From NCBI GenBank assembly GCA_050916045.1, contig CP051526.1, positions 160,001 to 224,000 on the forward strand: a stretch of DNA of 64,000 nucleotides, read 5' to 3'. The stretch is from Tepidisphaera sp. (GTDB lineage Bacteria > Planctomycetota > Phycisphaerae > Phycisphaerales > UBA1924). Under the pieces are notes generated by a model. That model had not been told where the DNA came from. It ran no database searches and was given only the letters and a program-made list of their open reading frames with translations. Below, one piece after another: positions 8,395-18,440 of this stretch (positions within the stretch are counted from its first letter, which is position 1; every line of letters starts with the position of its first letter). Both the position numbers and the translations under genes were made by a program.

Positions 8395-9567
8395 ATGATT
8401 TCGTCCCTGGCTTGGTTCGTGCTCGGTTGCTCCGTGTTGACACAACCTGCGGCAAGTCCACAGCCGCAGCCCACGCCGCCGGCCGAGGCGCGTGCTCCCG
8501 ACATCAAGCAAACCCGCAACAGGCTGCTTGCGGATCTGAACACCATCCCGGTCAAGCGGGCAGCTCTTGGCGATGCTGAGCACCGCGAGGGCCTCGTCAA
8601 GACCGAAGCGTGGCTCATCGAGCGGCTGAAGTCCATCGGCCTCACGCCGCAGGTTCAGGAATTCGTCTGGAACTCGCCGGCTCTCAAAGCCCTGCTGATC
8701 TCCAGGGACGCCGAGCAGCCGTCGGACAAAGCTGCGGATGATTCTCGGTTCAGGTTCCGCAACTACATCGTGGAACTCCCCGGTACCGACCTGGCTTCGG
8801 AGGTCATCATCCTCGGAGCCCACTACGACGCGGTGCCGGAGAGCCCGGGAGCGGACGACAACGCCAGCGGCGTCGTCGCGCTGCTTGAGATCGCGCGCAC
8901 ACTCAAAGATCAGCCGCGCCGACGGACGATCAGGCTCGTTTTCTTCACGCTCGAGGAGGTTGGCCTGCACGGAGCGGTGCAGTATGTGCTTTCCAAGCGG
9001 ACCGATTGGTTCCCGACGCCGGCCGCGCCCGCGGAAGCGCCGGCGGGCAATCCGTCCGCCAAGCCGGCCGCGCCAGCGATGAACCCGCCGAAAGAGAAAC
9101 TCATCGGCATGGTCTCGCTCGAGTGCATCGGCTACTTCTCCGACGAGCCCGGATCACAGACGAACCCGATCCCCAAGGTCGGCGGCGTTCCCGTTGTCAA
9201 TCTCCGCGTCCCCGAAGCCGGGAACTTCATCGGGCTTGCCGGAATCTCCAAGCACCGCGAGTTCTCGCAGCGATTGGTCAAGGAGATGGAGAAAGCTGAG
9301 CCGGAGCTTCCCATCCTCGCCGCCGATGTGCTTCCGATCGCGCCGCCGGACTTTCTGCGAAGCGATCACGCTCCATTTCTGATCGCGGGTCTTCCGGCCG
9401 TGATGCTGACGAACACCGCGAACTTCCGCAACCCCAACTACCACAAGCCGACGGACACCGTGGCGACGCTCGACCTGGACAGGCTCGCGAAAGTCGTTCG
9501 GGCGGTCACCGCCGCGACCAAAGCCATCGCCGAGACGCCCGAAGCGGCGCCCGTGTCCTCGAAGTAG
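8395..9567 (+). CDS. Secreted M28 family metallopeptidase
   Basis: GAHYD, GADDNASG, FTLEE, RSDH, YHKPTDT; SD GGAGG; signal peptide. Confidence 0.88.
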   Translation: MISSLAWFVLGCSVLTQPAASPQPQPTPPAEARAPDIKQTRNRLLADLNTIPVKRAALGDAEHREGLVKTEAWLIERLKSIGLTPQVQEFVWNSPALKALLISRDAEQPSDKAADDSRFRFRNYIVELPGTDLASEVIILGAHYDAVPESPGADDNASGVVALLEIARTLKDQPRRRTIRLVFFTLEEVGLHGAVQYVLSKRTDWFPTPAAPAEAPAGNPSAKPAAPAMNPPKEKLIGMVSLECIGYFSDEPGSQTNPIPKVGGVPVVNLRVPEAGNFIGLAGISKHREFSQRLVKEMEKAEPELPILAADVLPIAPPDFLRSDHAPFLIAGLPAVMLTNTANFRNPNYHKPTDTVATLDLDRLAKVVRAVTAATKAIAETPEAAPVSSK

Positions 9568-9615
9568 GTTGTGCGTGGGCTGTTCGCCGAGCGGAGTCGG
9601 CGGAGCGGCGGGTGA

Positions 9616-9762
9616 TCAGCCGGCCAGGTCGGCGAGGAGTTCGTCCATGCAAGCGTCGAGGAAGGCGTCGGAATCGAACGCGCCGGCTTCGATCTGCTGG
9701 CGCACTTTCTGCACAAGCTCGAACCGGATCCCCGAAAGGTGCCGCAGTCGATTAACCTTCAT
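9616..9762 (-). CDS. FlgM-like anti-sigma28 mini-protein (48 aa)
   Basis: GAGGAG SD; IRFELVQKVRQQIEAGAF resembles the FlgM C-terminal motif. Confidence 0.6.
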   Translation of the reverse strand: MKVNRLRHLSGIRFELVQKVRQQIEAGAFDSDAFLDACMDELLADLAG

Positions 9763-10091
9763 CGTGTGCTCCTCACCCGTGTCCGGCTGTTCGGGCACGC
9801 GACCTTGGCTCAGGCGCTCGCCCGAGCCTGTGGAACCCGTCCCCGGCCGATTCGTACACTCAACGCGCGATGCCACCGACCAATATGCCATGGGAAGGTC
9901 TCCAACCGGCCGCTCCAGCGGCCGACTTGTTTGCGAGTGACCCGCCCGCCTTCCATGGCGTGGGCGTCTGACAGGGGAAGTATCGACGGCATCTTCCTCA
10001 TTCCTTGAAACTTCTGCAAATCTGCTCACCCAAGCTCAAGCCCAGTCCCAGTCAGAGTTTACAGCGAATAACACACGATCGGACTTTTCAA

Positions 10092-11021
10092 ATGAATTTC
10101 CGCGACCCCCGTCAAATTTCAAGGTCTCCCAGGGTCAGAATCTCGGACCATGCCGCTCCCCGAGCCGCCTTGGCCTGCATCGTCGCCGCGTCTTGCCTTG
10201 GGCTCGCCGCTTGCCAAAGCGGCCCGGCGGACGCGACGCCCGCTCCGGAAGCTGCCGACGGCAAGCAGGTTTTCACCCGCCCCACCTGGACCACGTCCTC
10301 GGTGGGTGACACTGCGGCCAAACCGCCCGCGCCCGCGGGAACCGTTCCGACCGAAACCGCGGCCAAACGCACCACCTGGGCGATCCTGCTGGGGGCCGTT
10401 TCCGGTCCGGGTTCGGACCGTCAAGCGGCGACCCTCGCGGCTGTCGCGTCCAGGGAAGGTGGCATGGCCGACACCTTCATCGAGCCCCGGGGTGATGGCT
10501 TTGCCGTTCTCTACGGCGCGTACGACGAGCCGGGATCCCCTCAAGCCAAGAAGGACCTCGCCGTGGCGCGGGCGATTGATGTGGGCGGGGCCAAGCCTTT
10601 CGAGGGTGCGATCATGGCCGCTCCGGCGGTTCGGGGAGCCGCCGGCAACACGCCCGAGCACGACCTCCGCCTTGCCAAACAGATTTATGGGAAGAAAGCC
10701 AGCTTTACCCTCCAGATCGGCGTCTACCACCGCTCGGACCGTGAGAAGCCCACACCGGATCAGGTCGCGGAGATCCGCAAAGCCGCCGAGGGCGCGGTGA
10801 AGGCCCTCCGCGAACAGGGCGATCAGGCGTTCTACTTCCATGGCCCCGAGCGAAGCATGGTCACCGTGGGTCTTTTCCCAACCGCCGAAGACGCCGCGAT
10901 CCGAGCGATCCAGAAGCGATTCCCTTCTCACATGATCAACGGCCAGCTCACGACCAACGCAAAGTCCGAACAACTGAACGGCCCCAAGGGCCAGCCGTCG
11001 TTCGTCGTCACGGTCCCGTGA
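10092..11021 (+). CDS. Lipoprotein, possibly two SPOR-like domains
   Basis: Lipobox LAAC; WAILLGAV and FTLQIGVY strand motifs; start uncertain. Confidence 0.55.
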   Translation: MNFRDPRQISRSPRVRISDHAAPRAALACIVAASCLGLAACQSGPADATPAPEAADGKQVFTRPTWTTSSVGDTAAKPPAPAGTVPTETAAKRTTWAILLGAVSGPGSDRQAATLAAVASREGGMADTFIEPRGDGFAVLYGAYDEPGSPQAKKDLAVARAIDVGGAKPFEGAIMAAPAVRGAAGNTPEHDLRLAKQIYGKKASFTLQIGVYHRSDREKPTPDQVAEIRKAAEGAVKALREQGDQAFYFHGPERSMVTVGLFPTAEDAAIRAIQKRFPSHMINGQLTTNAKSEQLNGPKGQPSFVVTVP

Positions 11022-11645
11022 TCAGCCGCCCTGGATCCCGAAAAGCCCCTGGATGGCGAGCGGCTCGATGCGGACCGCTCGCCAGGTGCCGTCGCTCGAA
11101 CGCTGCCAGTCGATCAGCCACCATGAGAAATTGATGCCCCCCGCTTGGGGCTCGACGCGCACGAGGCACATCGTCTGGGCCCGGCCCGGCGAAGCTTTAT
11201 GGGCCTGCACTTCCAGCACGGCCCACCCCGCGAGCGTGTACTGCGCCGCCATGGCGAGCTGTACGCGATCAAGAAGCTGCTCGCGATTCAGAGGCGACCC
11301 CTGAAGCCTGCCGACAAGCTCGGCGGATGGACCGAGGATCGCGCCGGTCGTCGTCAGGTCGGCTTTGGCGACCGCCGCGACGAGTTCCCGGGTGCGAGCG
11401 ACGAGTTTTTCGCCAGTGGTGTCGATCAGACGCCCGAGCCCCCAGAGGGCGCCGGCGACCAGCAACGTAAGCCCGAGAACTCGATAGGCCCGCGGATCGC
11501 CGCGGTGGTTGAAGACCAAAAACACGCAGAGTCCGAGAAGAGCGAGGAATGCAGCGGGCCAGCCGGACTGTTCGAGGAAAAGGCGGATCAGCCACGGGCT
11601 GTCCGGCAGCGGGGCGGGCGCGGGGAAATTCGGGATGAGGTTCAT
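11022..11645 (-). CDS. Membrane protein with possible NTF2/SnoaL-like soluble domain
   Basis: Two TM helices followed by an alpha+beta domain ending WQRSSDGTWRAVRIE. Confidence 0.6.
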   Translation of the reverse strand: MNLIPNFPAPAPLPDSPWLIRLFLEQSGWPAAFLALLGLCVFLVFNHRGDPRAYRVLGLTLLVAGALWGLGRLIDTTGEKLVARTRELVAAVAKADLTTTGAILGPSAELVGRLQGSPLNREQLLDRVQLAMAAQYTLAGWAVLEVQAHKASPGRAQTMCLVRVEPQAGGINFSWWLIDWQRSSDGTWRAVRIEPLAIQGLFGIQGG

Positions 11646-11746
11646 TTTCCAGTCCTTGTCGTCCGGCCGTCGATCTTGTTGCTCCTGAACCGTTCCCGGA
11701 CCGCGCGGATGGTGCGCGGCTTGGACGTTGGTTCGAGAGAGGCACG

Positions 11747-14700
11747 ATGAGCACCAGCCCTGAAGAACGTACGCGGCTCCTTGAACGGAACCTGAGGGCT
11801 CTGTCCTTCTCTACGCCCTCGCTGATCGAACGGATCCGTTCGGCCAAGCCGCGGGAGGATCTGGTCGTCCGCACGACCGAGGACGGCGCCCTCGCGGGTG
11901 AGCTGTCGCACGGAGCGGGAAAGCTCCGCTTGTGCTCGTTCCGCAAGCCCATCGAGGAAGCCGAACGCTTCGCGGAGGGGTTTGATCCCAAAGCCGCGGC
12001 GGTTCCGGTCATCATCGGGTTCGGGATGGGTCACCATGTCCGCACGATCCACGCCAAGCTCAAGGGCCAGGGCGCGGTGGTTGTCTTCGAGCCGGACCTC
12101 TCGCTGCTTCACGAGGTGTTCAGCCAACTCGACTGCAGCGGATGGCTCGCGACTCCGGGGATCCGCATCCACGCGGGCCCGGCCGATCCGGGCTCGATCA
12201 CCGCGACGTTCGAGGGGCTTGAGGGTCAAGCGGCTTTCGGGATCAAGATCATCGAGCATCCGCCGAGCCGCACGCGGATCAACGAGCTGGCTTCGGAATT
12301 CATCGCCAACCTGTCGACGGCGGTCGCGACGATCCGGACGCATGTCGTCACGACGCTCTGCCAGGTCGGCAAGACGGCGAGCCACTATCTGAGCAACGCG
12401 GCGGTGTACGTCTCGGCCGGTAGCGTCGCCGAGCTTCGCGACTGCGCCAAGGGCCGCACGGCAGTGGTCGTCTCCGCTGGCCCGAGTCTCATGAGAAACG
12501 TCGATCTGCTCGCCAAGCCCGGCGTGCGCGACCGAGTCGTCATCATCGCCGCCCAGACCGTGCTCAAGCCGCTTCTGGCGCGAGGCATCAAGCCGCACTT
12601 CGTCACCGCGCTGGACCACGCGGATATCAGCGCCCGGTTCTTCGAGGGCCTGACCGAGGAGGATGTCCGCGGCGTGACGCTCGTGGTCGAGCCCAAAGCC
12701 AACCCGGCGATCGCGGCGGCGTTCCCGGGCGTGGTCCGCTGTTCACGCGAGCAGGTGCTTGACGAGATCCTCGGGCCCGGGATCGCTCGCGACATGGGCA
12801 CGCTTCGCTGCGGCTCGACGGTGGCCCACCTTTCGTACTACCTCGCGCGGTTCATGGGCTGCGACCCGGTGGTGCTGATCGGGCAGGACCTGGGGTTCAC
12901 CGACGGCCAGTACTACTCCGCCGGCGCGGCGATCCACCAGGTCTGGGCGTGCGAGCTCAACGAGTTCAACACGCTTGAGATGATGGAATGGCAGCGGATC
13001 GTGCGGATGCGCCGGATTCTGCACCGTGCGACGGACCACCTGGGCCGCCCGATGTACACGGACGAGCAGATGCTCGCGTACAGGCTCCAGTTCGAGCGCG
13101 ACTTCTCCAACGACCACGCCAAGGGCCTCACGATCCTTGACGCGACCGAGGGGGGCGTCCGCAAGGAATTCACGACCATCACCACGCTCGCGGAAGCGCT
13201 CGAAAGCGCGATGAAGTGCGAGCCGTGGTCCCCTCCCGCGATCAGCGAGGAGCGCGTCTGCGTCCCCGCCGAGAAGGTGATCGAGCGACTGGACGTGCTC
13301 CGCCAGCATGTCACGCGGATCAAGAAGCTCTGCGCCAAGACCGACGAGGCGCTCGTCCAGATGGCCCGCCACTGCGGAAACCACGCCCGCGTCAACCCGC
13401 TGATCGAGGAGGTGCTCGAGTTCGCCCGCGAAGCTCAGTCGCTCGGCACCGCGTACAACCTCGTGCAGTACATCAACCAGACCGGGCAGCTCAAGCGGTA
13501 CCGCCGCGACCGCCTGATCGCCCTCGCCGAAGACCAGAACCCCGTGTCCAGGCAGCGCAGGCAGATCGATCGCGACCGCGAGAACATGCGCTGGCTTTCG
13601 GACTCCGCCGAAGAGGTCATCTCCATGACCACGCGGGCGATTGATCAGATTCGCGGCGTGTCGCACGGCATCGCCAAAGCCGACCTTGTCGCGAAGGTCA
13701 CGGGCGAAGCCGGTCCCAAAGCCAGCGCCCGCGTCGTTGCCGTCATCCCGGTCAACACCTCCATCAGCGGGCTTCATGGCTCGCGAGATCTCGCCGCGCC
13801 GCTCGCGGATGGCCGCGGGGCGCTCTGGTGGACCGTGACAAGGATCCTCAAAGCCAAAGAACTCGACCTGGTGGTCCTCGCCACCGCTGAACCCGAAGCC
13901 ACCGTGAGACTGCTTGGCGAACTCGCCAAGCATCCCAGGGTCAGGATCGAGTCGTTCGAGCAGGACCCGATGGCCAACCGACGGGCGAGCGTCGCGATCG
14001 GTCGGCGATGGTCGCGCTCCTGCTGGCGCGGCGGGATCGGCAACCTGACCGCGTTCGACGAAGCTTTCGCGCCCGCCGCAACCTCGTTCATCCTCGGCAA
14101 GCACAATGCCGACGCGGCGGTCGTCGTGGGCGCGGACTGGAGCCTCGTGGATCCCTCGGCGATCGACGGGATCGTCACGCGGTACCGCGCCGCCGGCGGA
14201 GAGACGGGCACACACCAGATGGTCATCGTGCACGCGGCTCCGGGCTTGGGCGGGTGCCTCATCGAGCGTGATCCGGTCGAGCATCTTGTGAAGGGAGGCG
14301 CGGCGGCCGGGCCCTTCTCCTCGATCGGGGCTCTGATCGGGTACCTGCCGTTTGCCCCGCAGATGGACCTGATCGGCAAGCCGGCGGCGATGGTGCCGCT
14401 GGTTGCCGCTCGAAATCTGAGCATGCGGTGCATCGCCGACAGCGAAGGGGCCCGCCGAGTCATGGGCGACCTCCTGGCGCGTGAGGGCGCTGACGTGCCG
14501 CTCGCGACGGTGGTACAGGCATTTGAGCGAGCCGGCCAGCACGCAAGGCCCTCGGCGGTGACGATCGACCTGGGGAACGAAAGCAAGCGGATCAGCGTCG
14601 AGAGTGTTCGCCGCGTGCTGGCGACGCTTGGCGAAGGTCCGGCGGTCACGCTCTCTTGCGGCGATCATGAAGCCGACGACCCGACGGGTCATCCGGACTT

Positions 14701-15211
14701 CTCGCGGATCGTCGCGGAAGCCAAGGCGGGCGGGGCGATGGTGCACGTCGTGTCGACGCTCAAGCCCGGCGCGGCGGAGTTGATCCGAGACGCTGGCGTC
14801 GAAGTCGTGAGTGTGCCGTTGGTGACCAAAGCGGGTGAGCTTGATGAGCAAGCGGGCATGGCCGCGGCGTCGTTCGCCGACACCGTGACGGTCGGTCCGG
14901 AAGGGCTGCCGAATTCGTGGGTCGTGGCGAGGTTGACGCGCCGGGACGCGCTGTACGGCAAGCTTGAGGAGCTTTACGACGCATGGCTGATGCGGACAGG
15001 CGCATGCGTGATCGATCCGCTTGCGGAAGCGATTCCGGGCGAGCGGATCGCGCCGCTTCCGGTGCCGGCGTCGGTCGTGGCGCGGCGTGACCGAGAGGAA
15101 CTGGTCGTCGGGCCTGATGGTTCGGCGCGGACGCCGAGCGGGCGCGTGGTGCCCCTGGGCGGGGTGATTGAGATCAAGAGCGGCCAGGCGGCCGCGGCGG
15201 AGGCGGCGTGA
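11747..15211 (+). CDS. Maf/DUF115 (MptE-like) flagellin nonulosonic-acid transferase fused to cytidylyltransferase-like and degenerate radical-SAM-like domains
   Basis: GFGMGHH, VVFEPD, VVSAGPSL, STVAH, LIGQDLGF, DATEGG; first gene of the neuA-neuB-neuC operon. Confidence 0.75.
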   Translation: MSTSPEERTRLLERNLRALSFSTPSLIERIRSAKPREDLVVRTTEDGALAGELSHGAGKLRLCSFRKPIEEAERFAEGFDPKAAAVPVIIGFGMGHHVRTIHAKLKGQGAVVVFEPDLSLLHEVFSQLDCSGWLATPGIRIHAGPADPGSITATFEGLEGQAAFGIKIIEHPPSRTRINELASEFIANLSTAVATIRTHVVTTLCQVGKTASHYLSNAAVYVSAGSVAELRDCAKGRTAVVVSAGPSLMRNVDLLAKPGVRDRVVIIAAQTVLKPLLARGIKPHFVTALDHADISARFFEGLTEEDVRGVTLVVEPKANPAIAAAFPGVVRCSREQVLDEILGPGIARDMGTLRCGSTVAHLSYYLARFMGCDPVVLIGQDLGFTDGQYYSAGAAIHQVWACELNEFNTLEMMEWQRIVRMRRILHRATDHLGRPMYTDEQMLAYRLQFERDFSNDHAKGLTILDATEGGVRKEFTTITTLAEALESAMKCEPWSPPAISEERVCVPAEKVIERLDVLRQHVTRIKKLCAKTDEALVQMARHCGNHARVNPLIEEVLEFAREAQSLGTAYNLVQYINQTGQLKRYRRDRLIALAEDQNPVSRQRRQIDRDRENMRWLSDSAEEVISMTTRAIDQIRGVSHGIAKADLVAKVTGEAGPKASARVVAVIPVNTSISGLHGSRDLAAPLADGRGALWWTVTRILKAKELDLVVLATAEPEATVRLLGELAKHPRVRIESFEQDPMANRRASVAIGRRWSRSCWRGGIGNLTAFDEAFAPAATSFILGKHNADAAVVVGADWSLVDPSAIDGIVTRYRAAGGETGTHQMVIVHAAPGLGGCLIERDPVEHLVKGGAAAGPFSSIGALIGYLPFAPQMDLIGKPAAMVPLVAARNLSMRCIADSEGARRVMGDLLAREGADVPLATVVQAFERAGQHARPSAVTIDLGNESKRISVESVRRVLATLGEGPAVTLSCGDHEADDPTGHPDFSRIVAEAKAGGAMVHVVSTLKPGAAELIRDAGVEVVSVPLVTKAGELDEQAGMAAASFADTVTVGPEGLPNSWVVARLTRRDALYGKLEELYDAWLMRTGACVIDPLAEAIPGERIAPLPVPASVVARRDREELVVGPDGSARTPSGRVVPLGGVIEIKSGQAAAAEAA

Positions 15212-15984
15212 GCGGACACAACGAACGAGCGGTTGCGATCATCCTGGCCCGTGGGGGCAGCAAGGGTGTGCCCGGAAAGAACTGGGCAAGCGTGGGCGGA
15301 CGCCCGTGCGTCGCGTGGACGATCGACGCGGCGATGGCCGCCCGTGCGGCCGGCTGCGTCGGTGTCGTCGCGGTAAGCACGGATGATCCGCGCGTGGCGG
15401 AGATCGCGCACCACATGGGTGCGGAGATTGTCCATCGTCCCGCGATGCTGGCTTCCGATACGGCCCGGGTGGATGACGCTCTGCGGCACGCGGTGGGCGA
15501 CCTGGTCGCTCGCAAGGTTGTCCGGGCGATCGCCTCGACACCGGTTGTGATGCTTTACGCCAACGTGCCGGTCCGACCGGCGGGCTTGATTGAAGAAGCG
15601 GTCGGGCTTCTGACACGCGATGGGTGTGACAGTGTGCAGAGCTTTCAGCCGGTGGGCAAGCACCATCCTTGGTGGACGTGCAGGGTCGGAGCGAACGGCG
15701 CGGTGGGCGCGTGGGACGGCGGGGAGATGTTCCACGGCTGCTTCCGGCGGCAGGACCTGCCCGCGGCGCACATACCCGACGGAGCGATCACGGTCATGAC
15801 CAAGCGGGCGCTCTTTGGCGAAATCGATGGCGTCGCCGCGGGTCCTCACGCGTTTCTGGGAAGGGACCGGCGCGGCGTGATCAATCCCGAGGGGTCGGTC
15901 GTTGACATCGACACGCGTCTTGACCTGCGGGTCGCGGACGCGATCCTGAACGAGCAGCGCGAAGGACAGCGGAGGTCGGCATGA
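15208..15984 (+). CDS. neuA: Acylneuraminate cytidylyltransferase (NeuA/PseF/LegF family)
   Basis: IILARGGSKGVPGKN, VSTDD, VDIDTRLD; GTGA overlap. Confidence 0.88.
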   Translation: MSGHNERAVAIILARGGSKGVPGKNWASVGGRPCVAWTIDAAMAARAAGCVGVVAVSTDDPRVAEIAHHMGAEIVHRPAMLASDTARVDDALRHAVGDLVARKVVRAIASTPVVMLYANVPVRPAGLIEEAVGLLTRDGCDSVQSFQPVGKHHPWWTCRVGANGAVGAWDGGEMFHGCFRRQDLPAAHIPDGAITVMTKRALFGEIDGVAAGPHAFLGRDRRGVINPEGSVVDIDTRLDLRVADAILNEQREGQRRSA

Positions 15985-17066
15985 AGATTGGAACGCGAGC
16001 GGTCGGATCGGACTCCAGCCCTTACGTGATCGCCGAGATCGGCGTGAACCACGACGGCGATGTGAATCGAGCCGTTGAACTGACCAGGCAAGCCGCGAAG
16101 GCCGGGGCCGACGCGGTGAAGCTCCAGTTCTTCCGGGCGGACCTTCTGATGAGCAGAGCCTCCGGGCTTGCGGCGTATCAGGAAGCCGCGGGCGAGCGCG
16201 ACCCGCACTCGATGCTCCGCAGGCTGGAGCTTTCGGTCGATCAGATGCGCGGCGTCGTCAGTGCGGCTCATGATGCCGGTATCCACGCGATCGTGACGGT
16301 CTTCAGCACGGAGCTGGTCGCGGAAGCGGAGGGATTGGCGTGGGATGCGTACAAGTCCGCTTCGCCGGACGTCGTGAACAAACCGCTACTGACGGCGATG
16401 GGCGCGACGGGGCGTCCGTTGATCGTGAGCACGGGCGCCGCGACGATCGACGAGGTGGCGCGCGCGGCGGGTTGGCTTCGCGGCCTCGCGGGGCGGCTTG
16501 CGATTCTTCAGTGCGTTAGCTCGTACCCGACGCCGGATGAATTGGCCGAGCTCGGCGGGATCGGGGCGATCGCTGATGTGTTCGACGGGCCGGTGGGGTA
16601 CAGCGACCACACGACGGGCGTTGAAACCGGGGCGAAGGCCGTCTGGCGCGGAGCGAGCATTCTCGAGAAGCACCTGACCTATAGCCGCGAGGCCGTGGGG
16701 CCCGATCACGCCGCTTCGCTGATCCCCGCGGAGTTCGCGCAGTATGTCGAATCCGCCAAGCGTGCGTGGACGGAGCGGCAAGCCCGCCGGCGGCCGAAGA
16801 ACTTCCCCGAGCCTTCCCGCAAGCGAGTGCTCACGATCGAAGAGGATGTTCGTCGTCTCTCGCGGCAGTCGCTTGTGACCAGGCGGGCTCTCCCTGCCGG
16901 GCACGTCCTTTCGCGGGCTGATCTCACGATCAAGCGTCCCGGCACCGGCCTTGAGCCGTGGATGCTCGAAAGCACGATCGGAAGGCGGTTGTCGCGGGCG
17001 GTTGAAGCGGACGTCCCGGTCACGATCGCGGATCTCGCCAAACCCGCGGCACGCGAAGCGGCATGA
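15981..17066 (+). CDS. neuB: Nonulosonic acid synthase (NeuB family) with C-terminal SAF domain
   Basis: IAEIGVNHDGD, GADAVKLQ, GYSDHT, LEKHLT, KRPGTG. Confidence 0.92.
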   Translation: MKIGTRAVGSDSSPYVIAEIGVNHDGDVNRAVELTRQAAKAGADAVKLQFFRADLLMSRASGLAAYQEAAGERDPHSMLRRLELSVDQMRGVVSAAHDAGIHAIVTVFSTELVAEAEGLAWDAYKSASPDVVNKPLLTAMGATGRPLIVSTGAATIDEVARAAGWLRGLAGRLAILQCVSSYPTPDELAELGGIGAIADVFDGPVGYSDHTTGVETGAKAVWRGASILEKHLTYSREAVGPDHAASLIPAEFAQYVESAKRAWTERQARRRPKNFPEPSRKRVLTIEEDVRRLSRQSLVTRRALPAGHVLSRADLTIKRPGTGLEPWMLESTIGRRLSRAVEADVPVTIADLAKPAAREAA

Positions 17067-17123
17067 TCGGCGAGCAACCGGCGTACTGTCGCTTGCCGGC
17101 TCCCGCCGGCGCGTGGAGCGACC

Positions 17124-18308
17124 TTGATGATCGGCGATGGATGGAATGATGAGCCGGCGGTGAGGCCCGTGAGCGGATTGGAGCCGCGCGAAGGGCGGCG
17201 GCGCGTCGCGGTCGTGACGGGCTCGCGCGCCGAGTTCGGCCTGCTCCGCCCCGTCATGCGAGCGGTGGGCACGCATCCCGAGCTTGAGCTGATGGTCATC
17301 GCCGCCGGGTCGCACATGATCCAGCCCGCGCTGACGTTCCGCGACGTCCGGGCCGAGTTCGTCGTCGCCGACAGCGTCCCTATGCAGCTCGCCGGCAAGA
17401 CCGGGCGGGCGGCGGATGCCGAAGCCGTCGGGCGGGGCATCGGCCGGTTTGTCCGGAGTTTCACCGCGATCGCGCCCGATTGGGTCGTTGTGCTCGGGGA
17501 CCGGATCGAAGCGTTTGCCGCCGCGTCCGCCGCCAGCATTGGCGGATGGGCCGTCGCTCACATGCACGGGGGTGACCGCGCCGAGGGGATCGCGGACGAA
17601 GCGATGCGGCACGCGATCACCAAGCTCTCGCATCTTCATCTGCCCGCGACCGCCGCTTCGGGTGAGCGTCTGGTGCGGATGGGCGAGAAGCCGGAGTTCG
17701 TGCAGGTCGTGGGTTCGCCCGCGGTGGACGATCTGGCTTCGATCCCGCCGCTGACGGACGATCAGTTCGCCGAGCTCGGCTCGCCGGACACGCTGGTGCT
17801 GATGCATCCGGTCGGGCGGTCGGACGAGATGGAGGAAGCGGTGACGGGCGAGGTGCTCGCGGCGGTGGCGGGGCGCCGCGTGCTGACGCTTTATCCCAAC
17901 CACGACGCGGGGCGTGCGGGGGTTCTTCGCGGGCTTCAGGCTTCGGGCCTGCGGCTGGTGGAGCATCTGCCGCGGCCAAGGTTCGTCGGGCTTCTCAAGC
18001 GGCTTGCGGGGTCCGGCGTGATGGTTGGCAACAGTTCGTCGGGGTTGATCGAAGCGGCGGTGCTCGGCGTGCGCGTGGTTGATATCGGGCCTCGCCAGAA
18101 CGGCCGCGAACGCCCCGCGAACGTGGTGCATGCCGAATCCGAGAGCGCGGACGGGGTGAAAGCGGCGATCGCGAAGGCTCTGGCGCTCAAGCCAGACCCA
18201 TCCGCGCATCCGTACGGGGACGGGAAAGCGGGGCAGCGTGCGGCGGCGGCCCTCGCGTCGATCGACCCGCGCGATCCGAGGCTGGTGCGCAAACGCTGCG
18301 TCTATTAG
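17124..18308 (+). CDS. neuC: UDP-GlcNAc 2-epimerase (hydrolysing), NeuC/LegG family; true start may be slightly downstream
   Basis: VVTGSRAEFG, VLGDRIE, RHAITKLSHLH, VGNSSSG, PYGDG. Confidence 0.9.
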   Translation: MMIGDGWNDEPAVRPVSGLEPREGRRRVAVVTGSRAEFGLLRPVMRAVGTHPELELMVIAAGSHMIQPALTFRDVRAEFVVADSVPMQLAGKTGRAADAEAVGRGIGRFVRSFTAIAPDWVVVLGDRIEAFAAASAASIGGWAVAHMHGGDRAEGIADEAMRHAITKLSHLHLPATAASGERLVRMGEKPEFVQVVGSPAVDDLASIPPLTDDQFAELGSPDTLVLMHPVGRSDEMEEAVTGEVLAAVAGRRVLTLYPNHDAGRAGVLRGLQASGLRLVEHLPRPRFVGLLKRLAGSGVMVGNSSSGLIEAAVLGVRVVDIGPRQNGRERPANVVHAESESADGVKAAIAKALALKPDPSAHPYGDGKAGQRAAAALASIDPRDPRLVRKRCVY

Positions 18309-18440
18309 CGGACTTGCGGCGGGACGGCGGCGCGATTTGTCGCGAGTTTCCCATGCTTGTCGAAGTCGGCGCGTCGCCGAGCCGATTGATTCTCCACCTC
18401 GGCTTGCGGGCACTCCGCCCGGGGAACTCTGGAGATTCGC

